A stretch of DNA of 63,905 nt, filler included, from Octopus bimaculoides (GCF_001194135.2; 9 parts of 7 records of this genome joined end to end with filler, not necessarily neighbours in it); one strand, 5' to 3'; positions 1-14,217 are shown, numbered from the whole stretch's first letter. A program made the numbers and translations. The notes: generated by a model from the sequence alone, not told the origin.

Positions 1-140
1 TACATACATACATGCATGCATACATACATACATACATACATACATACATACATACATACATACATACATACACACACATACATACATACATACATACATG
101 CATGCATACATACATACATACATACATACATACATACGTA
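1..140. repeat. (ACAT)n microsatellite
   Basis: Direct reading. Confidence 0.98.
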
Positions 141-1081
141 CATAATAAGTACGTACGTTTGTGTACTTGTGTGTGTGAATAATTATTGATGTAGCTGAAA
201 CGGGTCATTACGCCATTAATAAACGTATGCACTTGTTCTATTTAACTTCTTTATTTTTATTAGTAAATTGCTGAACCATTTCACCAATTAACTTATCGAT
301 TGTTTAATTAACCGTTTAGTCAATCAATCAACTGGATTTGTCAATGTTCTTTCGTTGCTATTAACAACTTCATCTATGATATGCCCACCCTGCACCAGGT
401 TATTTTCAGCATTATGAAATTACACATAAACTTACTGTATAACCTTTTGTTACCACATGTAGTAATAACGTAGAAAATATCAAATCTTCTCATGATGGTC
501 ATGGAATATTGTAAGAACTAAATCTCATAATCCATCGACTTAATGCAGTTGCTTTCGAAGAAAGGTTCCGTTGTTGTTTGGTAGAATTTATCTATGACCC
601 GATTTAAAAGCAGTCCTTCGATATTTGTAGTAGACTCCACGCTGTTGCTAGTCTTTGGCCCAGGTCTCTGATCTCGGGATAACGTCCCCGCTTCCTACCA
701 TTAGTCTCTGAGGACTTGGAAAAGGGTGAAGAGTTATGAATATCGCTTTTTCTTCCGTGGTTAAACTATGCAAAATAGACACAGAAACAAAAACAAACAT
801 AAATAAATATAAATGGATTATGATTTTCTTGATCGCATGGTCTTCCGAATGATATGTCGACTGTAACATTTTGCTCCCTTCGGCTGTAATCACATGATTT
901 GTCAGTACATGTACACCGCGGACTTTTCGTCAACTAAATACCTGTCACTTTTAATCCGGATAGATTATGAGGGCAAACTTGAAATTTCCGTAGTCGTCAA
1001 TGTAGTTCATTGCACAACCATAGGTGGTATTGTTTATACTGTACTCACAGGCATCATCTACATTATATTCATTGTATTTAA

Positions 1082-2835
1082 GGCGGCGAGCTAGAAGAAT
1101 CGTTAGCACGCCGAGCGAAATTTCGTATCCTTTCGAAGTCAATGAAATAAGTAACAGTTACGCGTTGGAGTCGATGTAATCTACAAGTTCCCTTTCCCGT
1201 AAAATTTTCCCGCAAAAAGGCCTTGTGCGTAGAGTAGAAATAATTATTTACGTTGTATTTCTTAGTGACGACACTAACATTTTGAAAGCTCCTCTGCTTA
1301 TTTAGCTTAAAGTTACCTTAAGTAAGAGAACCTAGGGCGTTAGTGGTTGTTACAGACGTAAACATCAATCTATATCGATCCAAGATAAGGGTACAGAACT
1401 ACTACAAAGATTGATCGCGGTATTTCCATATGTAAGGTGTTTGATATGAATGGCATAGGTGTGTTGATAAAATATTTTTACGTGACCACTAAAATATTCT
1501 TTTCTACTCTAGGCACAAGGCCCCAAATATTTGGGGAGGGGGCCAGTCGATTAGATCGACCGCAGTACGCAACTGGTACTTAATTTATCGACCCCAAAAG
1601 GATGAAAGCCAAAATCGACCTCGACGGAGTGACCACTAAAATATTATTACATGCTTAGCGACATTTCGCCCGTAGCGTCGTTCTGCGTTCAAATTCCCCC
1701 GAGGTCGACTTTGCCTTTCATCCTTTCGAGGTCGATAAATTAAGTACCAGTGGAGTACTGTGGTCGATGTGATCAACTGTCCACCTCCCCACAAAATCCA
1801 GGCCTTGTGCCTATAGTAGAAAGAATTATTATGTGACCGCTGATTGTTGGGATAAATGGTTAATCTGCCTGAGCTTTGGAGTAAAGGGTACCAGAAAATC
1901 AGTGGTGTATCTATAGTTCTCACATGTATTTATGAATTTAATGTTGATTAATAATTTAGCACGTCGGACTAAATACTTAGTGGTATTACTTCTGGCACAT
2001 AACGATCTAAATTCAAATCGTGTCGATGTCAACTTCTCATTTTATCCCTTCGGTGTTTGATAAAATGAAATACCAGTCAAGGAATGGAATCAATATAATC
2101 GTCTTGCGTCCTCCACTCAAAACTACTGGCCTTGAATCTTGAAACTCATCAACCCTCTGTTAAGGAGTGTTATGATCTTCGCCATGGAAACCGGGTAACC
2201 GGGCTTATAAGTCTTGAGGCTCTTGAAGAAAAAAAAATAACAATAAAGTTCAACCAGGCTTGTCTTTGCCTCACATTGTTCTGATACCAGTGAATTCAAT
2301 TATACAGCAAATTTCCCGACCGATCGTTACAGTAAACTCTGTTTTATCTTTGACATTTAGCTATCTGTTGTCGGTGACGTCTGGTATTACAAAGGTTTAT
2401 AGTTTGGTTTTATCGATCTAGTTATAAAATTAAACAGACACTAGACAAATAATTCTTCAAAGCCGGTGGAAGTAAAACATGGTTCACTCTGGTGTACGTT
2501 GAACTCAGAATACAAAGAGACTGAATGATGGATCATTTCGTACCGTGTCATACAAAACAAAACAATTGTTTAAATTATTTTTGTATGTTATTGAGTGTCG
2601 TGTCAACAGGCGTTTTTGCATTATACTGTATATGTAAGGCGGCGAGCTGGCCGAGACGTTAGCACGCCGGGTGAAATGCTTAGAGGTATTTCGTCTGTCT
2701 TTATGTTCTGAGTTCAAATTCCGCCGAGGTCGACTTTGCCTTTCATCCTTTCGGAGTCGACAAATTAAGTATGTGCCACGTACTGGGCTCAATCTAATCG
2801 ACTTGCCCCTCTCGCAAAATAGAGTAGAAAAGATT
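1082..2835. mobile_element. Cluster of tRNA-headed SINE family A copies
   Basis: Head ggcggcgagctggcagaa(t/a)cgttagcacg, B-box gagttcaaattcc, body gtcgactttgcctttcatcc...ctggggtcgat. Copies ~1082-1245(+), 1497-1625(-), 1660-1830(+), 1945-2090(+), 2638-2835(+). Confidence 0.85.
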
Positions 2836-3129
2836 ATATGTATATGTAAATGTAATTATCAAATGTACTATATTATTTTGTTATGTACGTGATTCCCCAG
2901 TTCATTATGCGAAACAAAGTAGGTAGCACTGTTATAAGGTTGGCTGAAACCAGTAAAAGATTTTAACGATATAACAATTAATCCAGCGCTACATTATTTC
3001 GGTTATTCTATGTTGTTGTGGTCGTGCAAAAATTCCAAGACATTCATACTTAAAATTTTTAACTAAAGGGAAATAATTCCAAGAATTGATGGAAGAGTAC
3101 TCTCCCTTTTTGCTGGAAATTGCTAGCAT

Positions 3130-4070
3130 TGTAGGCGAAACGGCAGAATTTTAAGCGTGTCAAAGGAAATGCTTAGCGACATTCTTTCTGGCTCTTTATG
3201 TTCCGAGCTCCAATGATTTTGGGTTAAAATTCAAGTATCAGTTAAGTACTGCGGTCGATGTAATCGAATTGCTCTGTCTCCTAGCCTTGTGCTAAGATTA
3301 GAAACCATTATTAAGCAAGAATAGCATTACTAGGGAGCAGGCAGAGTCGTTAGGACTCCATCCGTCTTTATGATCTGAGTTCAAATCCCGCCGAGTCGAC
3401 GTTACCTTTTATCCTTTTGGGGTCGATAAATTGAGTATTATTTGAGTACTGAGGTCGATGTAATCAACTTACCCCATCTGCCCAACTTCTGCAAAAATTT
3501 CAGGTCTTGTGCCTATAGTGGAAAAAATTATTAAAGAAAAAATAAAGAAAGTATGATTTCAAGTGCTTTAAAGCTTTTGGAAAATGCTTTGCATCATTTA
3601 TTTCCACTCGTTATGTCCTGTGTTCAAATCCCACAGAAGACACTTTTGCCTCTCACCCCTCCTAATTCAATAAAATGAAATACCACCACGTACTCTTATA
3701 CATAGATTAGAAATCATTATTTCAAGTACTTTCAGGGCCGATAAATTAAGTTCCAGTGAAACACTGAGGTTGATGTGATCGACTAGTCCCCTCCACCCAA
3801 ATTTCAGGCCTTGTGCCGATAGTAGAAAGGGTTATTTCAAGTACTTTTAAGACGGCGAGTTGGCAGAATCGTTAGCACGCCGGGCAAAATGCTTAGCGGC
3901 ATTTCGTCCGTCTTTACGTCCTGAGTTCAAATTCCGCCGAGGTAAACTTTGCCTTTCATCCTTTCAGAATCAATGAAATAAGTAGCAGTTGAAAGCTTGT
4001 GTCGATGTAATCGACTAGCTCTCTACCCTAAAATTGCAAGCCTTGTGCCGATAAAAGAATGATTATTTCA
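3130..4070 (+). mobile_element. Head-to-tail run of SINE family A copies
   Basis: About five same-orientation copies or fragments; the best preserved is 3851-4065. Confidence 0.85.
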
Positions 4071-4889
4071 AATACATTGTCCACAGAAGGCCGTATCTTG
4101 ACTCCTTTAAGAAGCCCTTTAGTCGTACTTGACGCTTTCATGTTGTTACATATTGCTACAGTTAACGCTTGCTACAGATAAACATAGTTTACTATATCAC
4201 TATATCAATCAGTCGATTAGCTAGATATGTAATCAAGCTAATCTGGTATCAGAACAATGAGAAGCAAAGTCAAACCTAGTTAGATTTGCATTTGCACTAA
4301 ATTATTGAATATGTATATGAGAAATACTAACGGGATCATGTGACTACAGTTGCGAATGTTAGCGCTGTAAGTAAAAAATAGGTTTAATTAAATTAATTGA
4401 TTATACTTTTTAATTTTTATTCTTTCACAACTTCTAGCTAGATTCGAGAGTCGAAAATTGGAGATATACTCAGAAATTTAATGAAGGAAAAATGAATCGT
4501 TTCTATATCTCCTACACTACTCCTGTAGCTGGTCTACACTGATAACCAGAGAAAAGAAATCCTGTACACATACGGATATTGCTCCGAAGATTAAAACAAA
4601 AAAGAAAAGCTTCTTTTGGTGAGGAGTAGATTGTCTCCGAACGGTCATTCTTTGCATCAACATCAAGATTAATAATTTGATGATTATTGTTTCTATAGTA
4701 ATAATTGACTGCGTTGTCAATTGTTCCTTTTGTACAAACTTCTGATGTTGTACTTGAAGGTAAGTCAAAGTGTACTTTGTGTTGATGATACAGGTGAATA
4801 TGCTAAGCCCCTGAAATTTAATAAAGATTCCTAAAGATAAAAGTTTCCAGAGATTTTCAGAACAGACTTCTATTAATTTCAAAGAAGTA

Positions 4890-5590
4890 CAAAACTCTAT
4901 TCTCCTTCAAAGTAGGATCATCTGATTTCAATGCATTTATTGTAGCACTCCAGCCATTTCATGAAGATCCCATGGAAGTTCACCAAATTGAAGGTGTCCA
5001 GGACCCTCTTCACAGCCTCCTTCATCTTCAAAACGACTGTCCCCGAAGTTCTTCAGCTTGGGAAACAACCACAAATGATAGGGAGTACAGTCTGGACTAT
5101 TGGGAAGGTTAGGGACAGTTATGATGCCTATCTTTATTAAAAAGTTGGTCACCAGGATGCTCATCGCAGAGCAACCTGGGAACAAATTTTGCTTATGTTC
5201 AGACTGTCAGGAATAATTTTGTGTAAAGTCATCACACCAGCTCCAGACTGTATGTTTATTGTCTTTATAGACATAAAACAGTTTCAACCTGAAAATTGCG
5301 AATTTTCTCAACGAGCTCTGATATTTTGACTCCCCCCTCCTTCCTCACTTCTCATTGACTCTTATCTCTTTGTGCCAACGAAAAAGTTAATCCATAAGCA
5401 GCCTGGAGCATTTCATAAATTTCTGTAGTGTTTTCGCTCAGTTTAACACAAAAAAAAAATTGCACAGGGAACATTCAAGTTGTCGTCACGTCTCGATTGC
5501 ATTCTGCAAACTCGTCAGCTGTGACAAGCAGTGATTAGTAGAGTGTGTTCAAAGTCCTGTTACAGTCGTCACCTTCAATTTTAAAACACA
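4890..5590 (-). mobile_element. Decayed mariner transposase (C-terminal part)
   Basis: SILVTNFLIKIGIITVPNLPNSPDCTPYHLWLFPKLK resembles the mariner HPPYSPDLAPxDFxLFPKLK motif; frameshifted further on; ends not resolved. Confidence 0.85.
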
Positions 5591-6895
5591 AAAGTTGGCT
5601 GGTCAGTTTATTAGATGCATAATACTGATATACTAAAATTACAATAATCTACGACTTTTATTTATAATTGTCTCTCCTAAAAACACTTGTAAACCTTTGG
5701 AATTCACCACGTAGTGATGCGTATAAGCCAAACTCGACTTTAAGCACTAAACCAAAATGATTAAGTATCATTCAGATTATTCTAAACTGAGATATATTCA
5801 TAATATGTGATATGATTCACAATTTGTTTGACTGTATGCGTGTTGTAGCGATGGTGGGAGTTGTAGTGGTTACATTGTATAATAAAATAATGTTTTTTGT
5901 CTTTACTCACTAACTGTTATTTTCTATTTGCTTCTATCTAGAAATCAAAGGAAATAACTACTATTCCCTTTGATTTCTAGATAGAGTGACCTGCGCATCA
6001 ATATTTTGAAACTGATAGATTTTTCCATTACATTTCAGACAGGTTCAGCGCTGAGTTGCTGAAGCAGAAATATCATTATAGCAAATAATCTACTCAATAC
6101 CAGAGATTTGCTTGTCAGTTGCTTGACCGTAATCACTTGAGCATGTCCCTTAGTGACTGACAATACGCGCATCTCTGGTCATGGGCAGGTGTAGTAGGAG
6201 AGCATAATAACCATGTGTCGAGAGATTCTTTGGTGCTTCAAAAAATGTAACAAAAGCAAAGTTTGAAGGAAATATTAGCCATTTTTCTAGGAGTAAGCTG
6301 ATAGGATATAACAGTTGCCTTCAGATTTTGAAATATATTACTATCATATTCAAACTCACCTAAAGTTCGCTTGTGCCTAAATACTGCTTGGCGCTGACAC
6401 TGCAGAATTTCTTCAGACCTGGTGGTCCTATGTTGCGATTTGGTCAATGTTATGGACAGCGTTTTAGTTAAAACTATGGCTTTAAAGTTTGCGCAGAATT
6501 ATTCCTCTTCGGTATTTTCCATTCATAATCCGATAGGGGGCGACACAGAGCAGATATGGTGCATTTACTCTTTTTACCATAAGAGAGTATTTTTTCGTCA
6601 CGGTAAATAGAGTAAAATATGCCTTTAGAAGTTGAGATATGTCACAAACATATTTTTACTAAGTTCGCTTCTTCCTAAACACTGCTTGGCACTGATAGTG
6701 CTACACACACACACACGTGAGAGACAATATTAGTAAGTATATAATAAATAGATATATTCACAACAATGACTTAGGTTAATATTACTTTCCACCATATTTT
6801 GCTCCATAACTTTTACTTTATAACTATTTCCTTCGTTGAGTGGCCCCTTGCACTTTTGTTCCTTGTTTTATTTGACTTCTTTGTTATTGATTTGG

Positions 6896-6936
<41 letters not shown>

Positions 6937-7362
6937 CTGTGTGTGTGCTCGCGTATATATATACGTATATATCGATATGTATGTGTATGTCTTGTGTGTA
7001 TGTATAAAATATATTTATACATATGTGTGTGTGTGTATGTAGTTATATGTATGTTGTTAGTGCGCGTGGCCGCGTGAGTGTGAATAAAGTCAAGTGAAAT
7101 ACATCGTCGATAAATATGCACAGTAAATGCATCGCTAAGCAACATAATAAAAGAACAAGCGATGAGGAAAACGCTGACCTGTGAAACATTTAACCTACCA
7201 AAGTAATAAAACACAAAGGTTACATATGCATCTTACTTCAGTTGGTTGGCTCTTTTAAAGATGTCGATAGCATATATATCCGTTTAACTCAACTTTGAAA
7301 TGAATCAGTGAATAGTGATAAGGAAGAATGTACATAACTTCACCTGAGGCACAGTTATTTTA

Positions 7363-7529
7363 GGCGCAGACATGTCTGTGTGGTATGAAGCTTGCTTCCT
7401 CAACCACATGGTTTCGGCGTCAGTCCTTCAATGTGGCACCTTGGTCAAGTAACTTCCACAATAGGTCGGGCTTACCTAAACTTTGGGAATGGATCTGGTA
7501 GACAGAAACTGGAAGAAACCCGTCGTGTT

Positions 7530-7578
<49 letters not shown>
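7363..7578 (+). mobile_element. SINE family B, 5' half ending in (TG)n at a gap
   Basis: ggcgcag..gtgtggt..agcttgctt..aaccacatgg..ggcaccttgg.caagt..gacagaaactg.aagaa.cccgtcg followed by microsatellite. Confidence 0.8.
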
Positions 7579-8964
7579 NNNNNNNNNNNNNNNNNNNNNN
7601 NNNNNNNNNNNNNNNNNNNNNNNNNNNNNNNNNNNNNNNNNNNNNNNNNNNNNNNNNNNNNNNNNNNNNNNNNNNNNNNNNNNNNNNNNNNNNNNNNNNN
7701 NNNNNNNNNNNNNNNNNNNNNNNNNNNNNNNNNNNNNNNNNNNNNNNNNNNNNNNNNNNNNNNNNNNNNNNNNNNNNNNNNNNNNNNNNNNNNNNNNNNN
7801 NNNNNNNNNNNNNNNNNNNNNNNNNNNNNNNNNNNNNNNNNNNNNNNNNNNNNNNNNNNNNNNNNNNNNNNNNNNNNNNNNNNNNNNNNNNNNNNNNNNN
7901 NNNNNNNNNNNNNNNNNNNNNNNNNNNNNNNNNNNNNNNNNNNNNNNNNNNNNNNNNNNNNNNNNNNNNNNNNNNNNNNNNNNNNNNNNNNNNNNNNNNN
8001 NNNNNNNNNNNNNNNNNNNNNNNNNNNNNNNNNNNNNNNNNNNNNNNNNNNNNNNNNNNNNNNNNNNNNNNNNNNNNNNNNNNNNNNNNNNNNNNNNNNN
8101 NNNNNNNNNNNNNNNNNNNNNNNNNNNNNNNNNNNNNNNNNNNNNNNNNNNNNNNNNNNNNNNNNNNNNNNNNNNNNNNNNNNNNNNNNNNNNNNNNNNN
8201 NNNNNNNNNNNNNNNNNNNNNNNNNNNNNNNNNNNNNNNNNNNNNNNNNNNNNNNNNNNNNNNNNNNNNNNNNNNNNNNNNNNNNNNNNNNNNNNNNNNN
8301 NNNNNNNNNNNNNNNNNNNNNNNNNNNNNNNNNNNNNNNNNNNNNNNNNNNNNNNNNNNNNNNNNNNNNNNNNNNNNNNNNNNNNNNNNNNNNNNNNNNN
8401 NNNNNNNNNNNNNNNNNNNNNNNNNNNNNNNNNNNNNNNNNNNNNNNNNNNNNNNNNNNNNNNNNNNNNNNNNNNNNNNNNNNNNNNNNATTCCGTGCTG
8501 CTACTGTTTACGTCTCGCTCAGAGATTTATTATTGCTTGCCTCTCCTTTTTCGAGATCATCGACAGTTTGTCACTGGAAAAAGCATATAGTATTTTGGGT
8601 TTGGAATGAGTTCTCATCGCTAGCAGGTGATTTTCCCACGCTGATGACGGGTTACTACTCAGAAAGCCGGGTCTTTGTGCATCACGTAAGGCTAGAGATG
8701 GGAACGATGATTTCTCTTCGCAAATACTAATCGGACACAGACAGTGTGTTGTTAGACAGCTGGAGGCGATGTCTTCCTGGGGCTACAAACAACAATAGCA
8801 TCGTCCCCAATGGGTCCGCCACATTTAGGTGACAAATATACTTCACGATTCCGTGCTGCTTACACACATACATACATGTGTATATACATACATACATACA
8901 CACACATATACACACACATATACACATATATATTTAAAAATAGGATAAAAGCTTTATAAGAATT

Positions 8965-9306
8965 TATCAAGTAGTTACCGTGAAAAACTTCATAAGGGAA
9001 AAATTTATTAATTATTCCCTTTAAATATATTTATTCATATTAAGGGCATTACTATACATAAATGCTTCACGCTAGGAGGGACTTTTAAAGTCAAAACTAC
9101 CATATCTGATTTTAAAAGGCTCGCTTCGAGAGTTGCATTCCCTCGCGTTCGGTATAATGTGTTTATTATGGTAGTTTTGACTTTAAGAGTCCCTCCTAGC
9201 GTGAGGCATTTATGTATAGTAATGTCCTTAATATAAATAGATATATTTAAAGGGAATAATTAATAAATTTTTCTCTTATGAGGTTTTTCACGCTAACTAC
9301 TTGATA
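8965..9306. mobile_element. Foldback MITE with ~140-bp inverted arms
   Basis: 8965-9104 is a near-perfect reverse complement of 9167-9306; both ends TA (tatcaagtag...ctacttgata). Confidence 0.85.
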
Positions 9307-10129
9307 CGGTCTATTTATTTCATCTTCCCAGCAAATTGCCGTGTTTCTTAATTTTCTAATCAGAAATCATTTAGACTGTAAAGTTGCTGCTTGGCTTATA
9401 GCACACTTTCTCATATAATTTGGGTGTAGAACAATAAACTACAGACAGTGTCTTCTTTCAATCGGCATCAAACATCGTCAAGCAAACGTCATCTTGAAAG
9501 AAGTCCATTCAACAGTTCAGAAATCCAAATATTAGTTGTGGTTGGAACGAGATGATAAAATCTGACTGAAGAGCTGATGTGTGTGTGTGTGTGTGGGGGG
9601 GGTAACCTGAATATCTTCACAATTTGAATACTTCTGATGATAACGAAATAGATTTAATATTGGATCCAGTAGTGGTGGTGGTGGTGGTGGTGGTGTTGGT
9701 GAGGCGAGACGCGCTGTAAAGCCATCTAGAAGAAGGCCTCGAAACGATGCGCATTCTCCCTTAAAGACCCCTGTAACATACTGATTTTCCAAATATCTGC
9801 AGTTTCTAAATATCTGGAGTTTCGTCCTTGAATTTTCAGTCGTTGCGTAGCTGTAGTTTCTTGAGAAATTAAATATGCGATGCATTTTCGAATCCGAGTT
9901 GACACTACATGAAACTGGTTTCGTCTAAGTAATATCTCAAAGAACAGACATTAAATCTTATACATTCTTAAGATTTGCATTAATCTTAGATTTTTTAGAT
10001 ATGCCATAAAAAAAAATATTAGTAAAACCTAAATGCAAAATACACTTGACGTGATGGGATACAGTGGAATCGAATATTTGAATCGATTACATAATATAGA
10101 CAAAATATTTGAACAGATATCTCATTCAT

Positions 10130-10452
10130 AATACACTCACAACACACGCATACACAGACATATGCATATACAGACACACACATGCGCACAAACTTTTAAA
10201 TATGCACACATGCAATTACACTCAAGAATAAATATGTATATAAGTGCATCTGTGCATACATGTATGTCTAATAGATATATGCATTTGTATGTACATATAT
10301 ATATATATACATACTTGCATACATTCATATATACATACGTAGGTATAAGTACATATACATGTTATATATGAATTTATTATATGTATGTGCATATATTTGT
10401 GTGTACATATGCATATATATACATATGGATATATACATGCATATGTATGTAC

Positions 10453-10508
<56 letters not shown>

Positions 10509-10616
10509 GTACGTGCATACATCCATATATGATTAGACATGTAGGTATAATTATATATACATGTTATATATACTTTATTATATATATTATATGTATGTGC
10601 ATGTTTGTGTGTACAC

Positions 10617-10648
<32 letters not shown>

Positions 10649-10942
10649 GTATGTGTGAGTGTATGTAAGAGCATCTCTGTATATATGTATATCAATGTAT
10701 GTATATATGTATATCTAATAAATATATGCATGTGTATGTATATATATATATATATATACGTACGTGCATACATCCATATATACATACATACGTACGTATA
10801 AGTATATATACATGTTATATATGCATTTATTATATGTATGTGCATATATTTGTGTGTACATATGCATATATATATAGATATGCATATTTATATATATGCA
10901 TATATATGCGTATATATATATATATACACATATGTATGTATG

Positions 10943-10980
<38 letters not shown>

Positions 10981-11150
10981 CTTGTATATATACAAACTTA
11001 CATGCATACATACATATACATATATATACATTTATATATAATAAAGATTCGTGTTGTAAGTAACGTATGTTGATATGTCTATTTAAGGCATATCTATATA
11101 TGTGTATGTATCATGTGTGTGTATGTATGTGTACCTGTGTGTGCGTGAGA
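10130..11150. repeat. Complex (TA)/(TG)/(TATG) tract with higher-order repeat
   Basis: Direct reading; block gtataa.tatatatacatgttatatat..atttattatatgtatgtgcat recurs at ~10343, 10545 and 10797. Confidence 0.9.
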
Positions 11151-11479
11151 GAGACGAAGCAAATGTGTAAGTGCTAGTGTGTGTATCTCTTTGGATACTT
11201 TTTATCGATAAATACCGAACTGCAAGTTTGGATGATACAAAAGCCATGAAATATTAACTGTAACAAGATTGATACGTTTGTAGTTTTTGAAATAACACAT
11301 ATATCTCTGGAGATTAACTACAGCTCAGAAAATAAACATTTAATACCATGCTTTAAACTGGTTGTCATAATATGGCAGATAGATTATATCTACATATCGT
11401 TTCTGAAAGCTGCTTGCCTGCAGATACACGTGCTAGCTAATATTTACCCAAATACCCGATATAACAAATGTTTGGCTCT

Positions 11480-11870
11480 ATGTCAATGTAGCAGAAATAT
11501 ATTTGAAATTAACTACATGGACTCTAACTCAGGAATTTGAGGAAAAAGTAGGTGGAACATGCATATAATTTCTGAGAGCCGCACTTAACATCGAATGGCA
11601 GTCCAATGTTCTTCATGGTAATCTTCCAAGTGTTATCTCCACTTTGAGGGAAAGAAGACTGAAAGAAGGATGAAGTAGTGAGTCAAAGGCTGAGTTGGGA
11701 AAAACACACGGAAAGTGTCCCCTGGGTCGTCCTGGTAGGACGACCCATAGAACGCTTCATCCACCAACTGGTTGAAAACTCCAGTGCACTGAAGAGCAAA
11801 ATACGCCAAAAGAAACATAATAGCGAGAAATCTGAGGACAAGCAGATGATATGGTTGACCTGGGTACACT
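11480..11870 (+). mobile_element. RTE-like LINE ORF2 3' remnant
   Basis: Degraded frames read TWTLTQEFEEKVGGT..LRAALNIEW..LHGNLPSVISTLRERRL and GRPIERFIHQL, typical of the region after RT in RTE-type LINEs. Confidence 0.75.
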
Positions 11871-14099
11871 TACTTACCACTCAATTCAATGCTCTTCACT
11901 GAAATCGTTGAACAAGAGGTCTTTATTAGCAGCTCTATTTAAAAAGATATTCGAGGGAAAAGGTGATGGAATGAACGCATGCTCATCAAATAAAGCATGA
12001 AACAATATTATACTAATATGGATAATGCTGCTTTCATCACCCTTTTGTAATTGTGATGGATAAATTGTATTATCGGGTCTTAGATTTTCCGTTATGAAAC
12101 TCCCGGTTTGGGAACATTTAATCGCTTTTCTGCTGAAAGCTGAGGTTCACCAAGCTTATGAGTTACGTTATTTGGGAAGCTCTAAGGGGTTTAGTCTTCA
12201 GTTAGAGAAGGCACTGAGGGGATATACGTGATAGTAAGTTAAGGGTTTTAATTAAATGAAACTACTTGATGCAAACTAAGTTATGTACTGGTGTGATATC
12301 CAAAGAGTTAAATAACTTCTTATACTTCGAATTAATAGTGCTCATTATTAAACATTAAAATCTACTCCGCAGTGAATGCAACGAATATTTAAATTCACAA
12401 AAAATTAAACGCAGTGAATGTAATTAATATTTAAATTTGCGAGAATTTGCAGTTTAAAAAATTCGATAAATTTCAGAAATCGAAATTAGAGGCAATTTCT
12501 TAGAATGTGAAAATGTGAATTCATAAAAATATTTCCAGACGGTCAAGCTTTTAATATTGGTTTCTTTTAGTACTTTTAGTAATTGTTACATACCTAATTA
12601 ATAGGCAGCTTTCTCCNNNNNNNNNNNNNNNNNNNNNNNNNNNNNNNNNNNNNNNNNNNNNNNNNNNNNNNNNNNNNNNNNNNNNNNNNNNNNNNNNNNN
12701 NNNNNNNNNNNNNNNNNNNNNNNNNNNNNNNNNNNNNNNNNNNNNNNNNNNNNNNNNNNNNNNNNNNNNNNNNNNNNNNNNNNNNNNNNNNNNNNNNNNN
12801 NNNNNNNNNNNNNNNNNNNNNNNNNNNNNNNNNNNNNNNNNNNNNNNNNNNNNNNNNNNNNNNNNNNNNNNNNNNNNNNNNNNNNNNNNNNNNNNNNNNN
12901 NNNNNNNNNNNNNNNNNNNNNNNNNNNNNNNNNNNNNNNNNNNNNNNNNNNNNNNNNNNNNNNNNNNNNNNNNNNNNNNNNNNNNNNNNNNNNNNNNNNN
13001 NNNNNNNNNNNAACCCAATGCAGATGATGAAAGCTACGTAGGTGCAAATGATTTAAACTTATGTCTATCGTAATTTCTTCTGTATATCATAACTATACTA
13101 GTAGACAAACCAGTAAACTCGAAATAGACTAGAAGATGATAATCTATGCGGAGCTCTAAACTCAGCAGTGGAAGTCACACACACACAGGCACACACACAC
13201 ACACACACACGAACGCACGCACACACACGCACGCACGCACAAACGCACGCACATGCACACACACACATAACTTTATAAAAGCAGCAGCTGTTTGCAATGT
13301 TTTACCGTAAAGAAATATTATAGTCGTTAACTAAACTTCACTGAGATTGTGGATAACACCTACATTACTAAAAATAGGAGCTAAAATGCTCCAATGCTGT
13401 TGTAAAGCACGTAGCATATACTTAGATAGGGGCTGGAATCGCCCCGAACACCGAACCGAGAATTCCTTAGACTGACCGGCCAGTTCGGCTATTTCCGTAG
13501 CAATCATCAGTAAGGCCATCACATACCACAACGCATCGCACATAACATATGTAATGCAATATAATTCACTATATAACATAATATCCCATGTTTTTTTAAT
13601 ATTTAATACTGGAGGGTACGTTTACAATGGACACAATACCAAAATTTATTTCCATCGTCAAATTTAAAGTATGGTAACTATAATTGTTAGCTTCGAAAAT
13701 ACTTAAATCTTCGGGTGACGCTATGCATGCATGACACCTTAGGTTTAAACTATTATTAGTTAGGTTGTTCTTGTCCCTATACTTAAAAATCTCATAAGTT
13801 TCCATAGAGCTCAGCTCACACCCATATCGACTATCTCTATAAGGCTGCGCTCTCCGTATTATATCTCATTCAAGGCTAAATCCGGACCCGCTCGCTTTCA
13901 GCTCCCAAATCTTACTAGATAAAAACGTACTATTAGTTTTATGTTTGAGTCTAAAAGATGTAAAATGGTTATATATAAAGTTACCAACCTCAGTCACAAT
14001 TGTACATCTATAAACTACGTTTTGGATTAAACATCGATCTAACAACAGACAGTGGGATTCAACTCTACAATTGCGACCGGGAACATTACTACTATCAAT

Positions 14100-14165
14100 A
14101 TTATTGATATTCTTATCATTGTTATTATTATTATCATCATTATCACTACTACTACTACTACTACG

Positions 14166-14217
<52 letters not shown>

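Noticed and set aside
7392-8730. Long ORFs of 300-470 aa here and at 14410-15616, 23610-24569 and 56440-57873
   Set aside because: They span N runs translated as X and flanking microsatellites; no coding evidence.
8490-8840. GC-richer coding-like stretch after a gap
   Set aside because: No frame gives a recognisable motif.
9532-9885. 117-aa minus-strand ORF with poly-Pro
   Set aside because: Poly-Pro and TH runs come from (GGT)n and (TG)n; no homology or splice support.
10137-11073. Many overlapping YI/CV/HT-rich ORFs (also 62387-63334)
   Set aside because: Translations of dinucleotide and tetranucleotide repeats.
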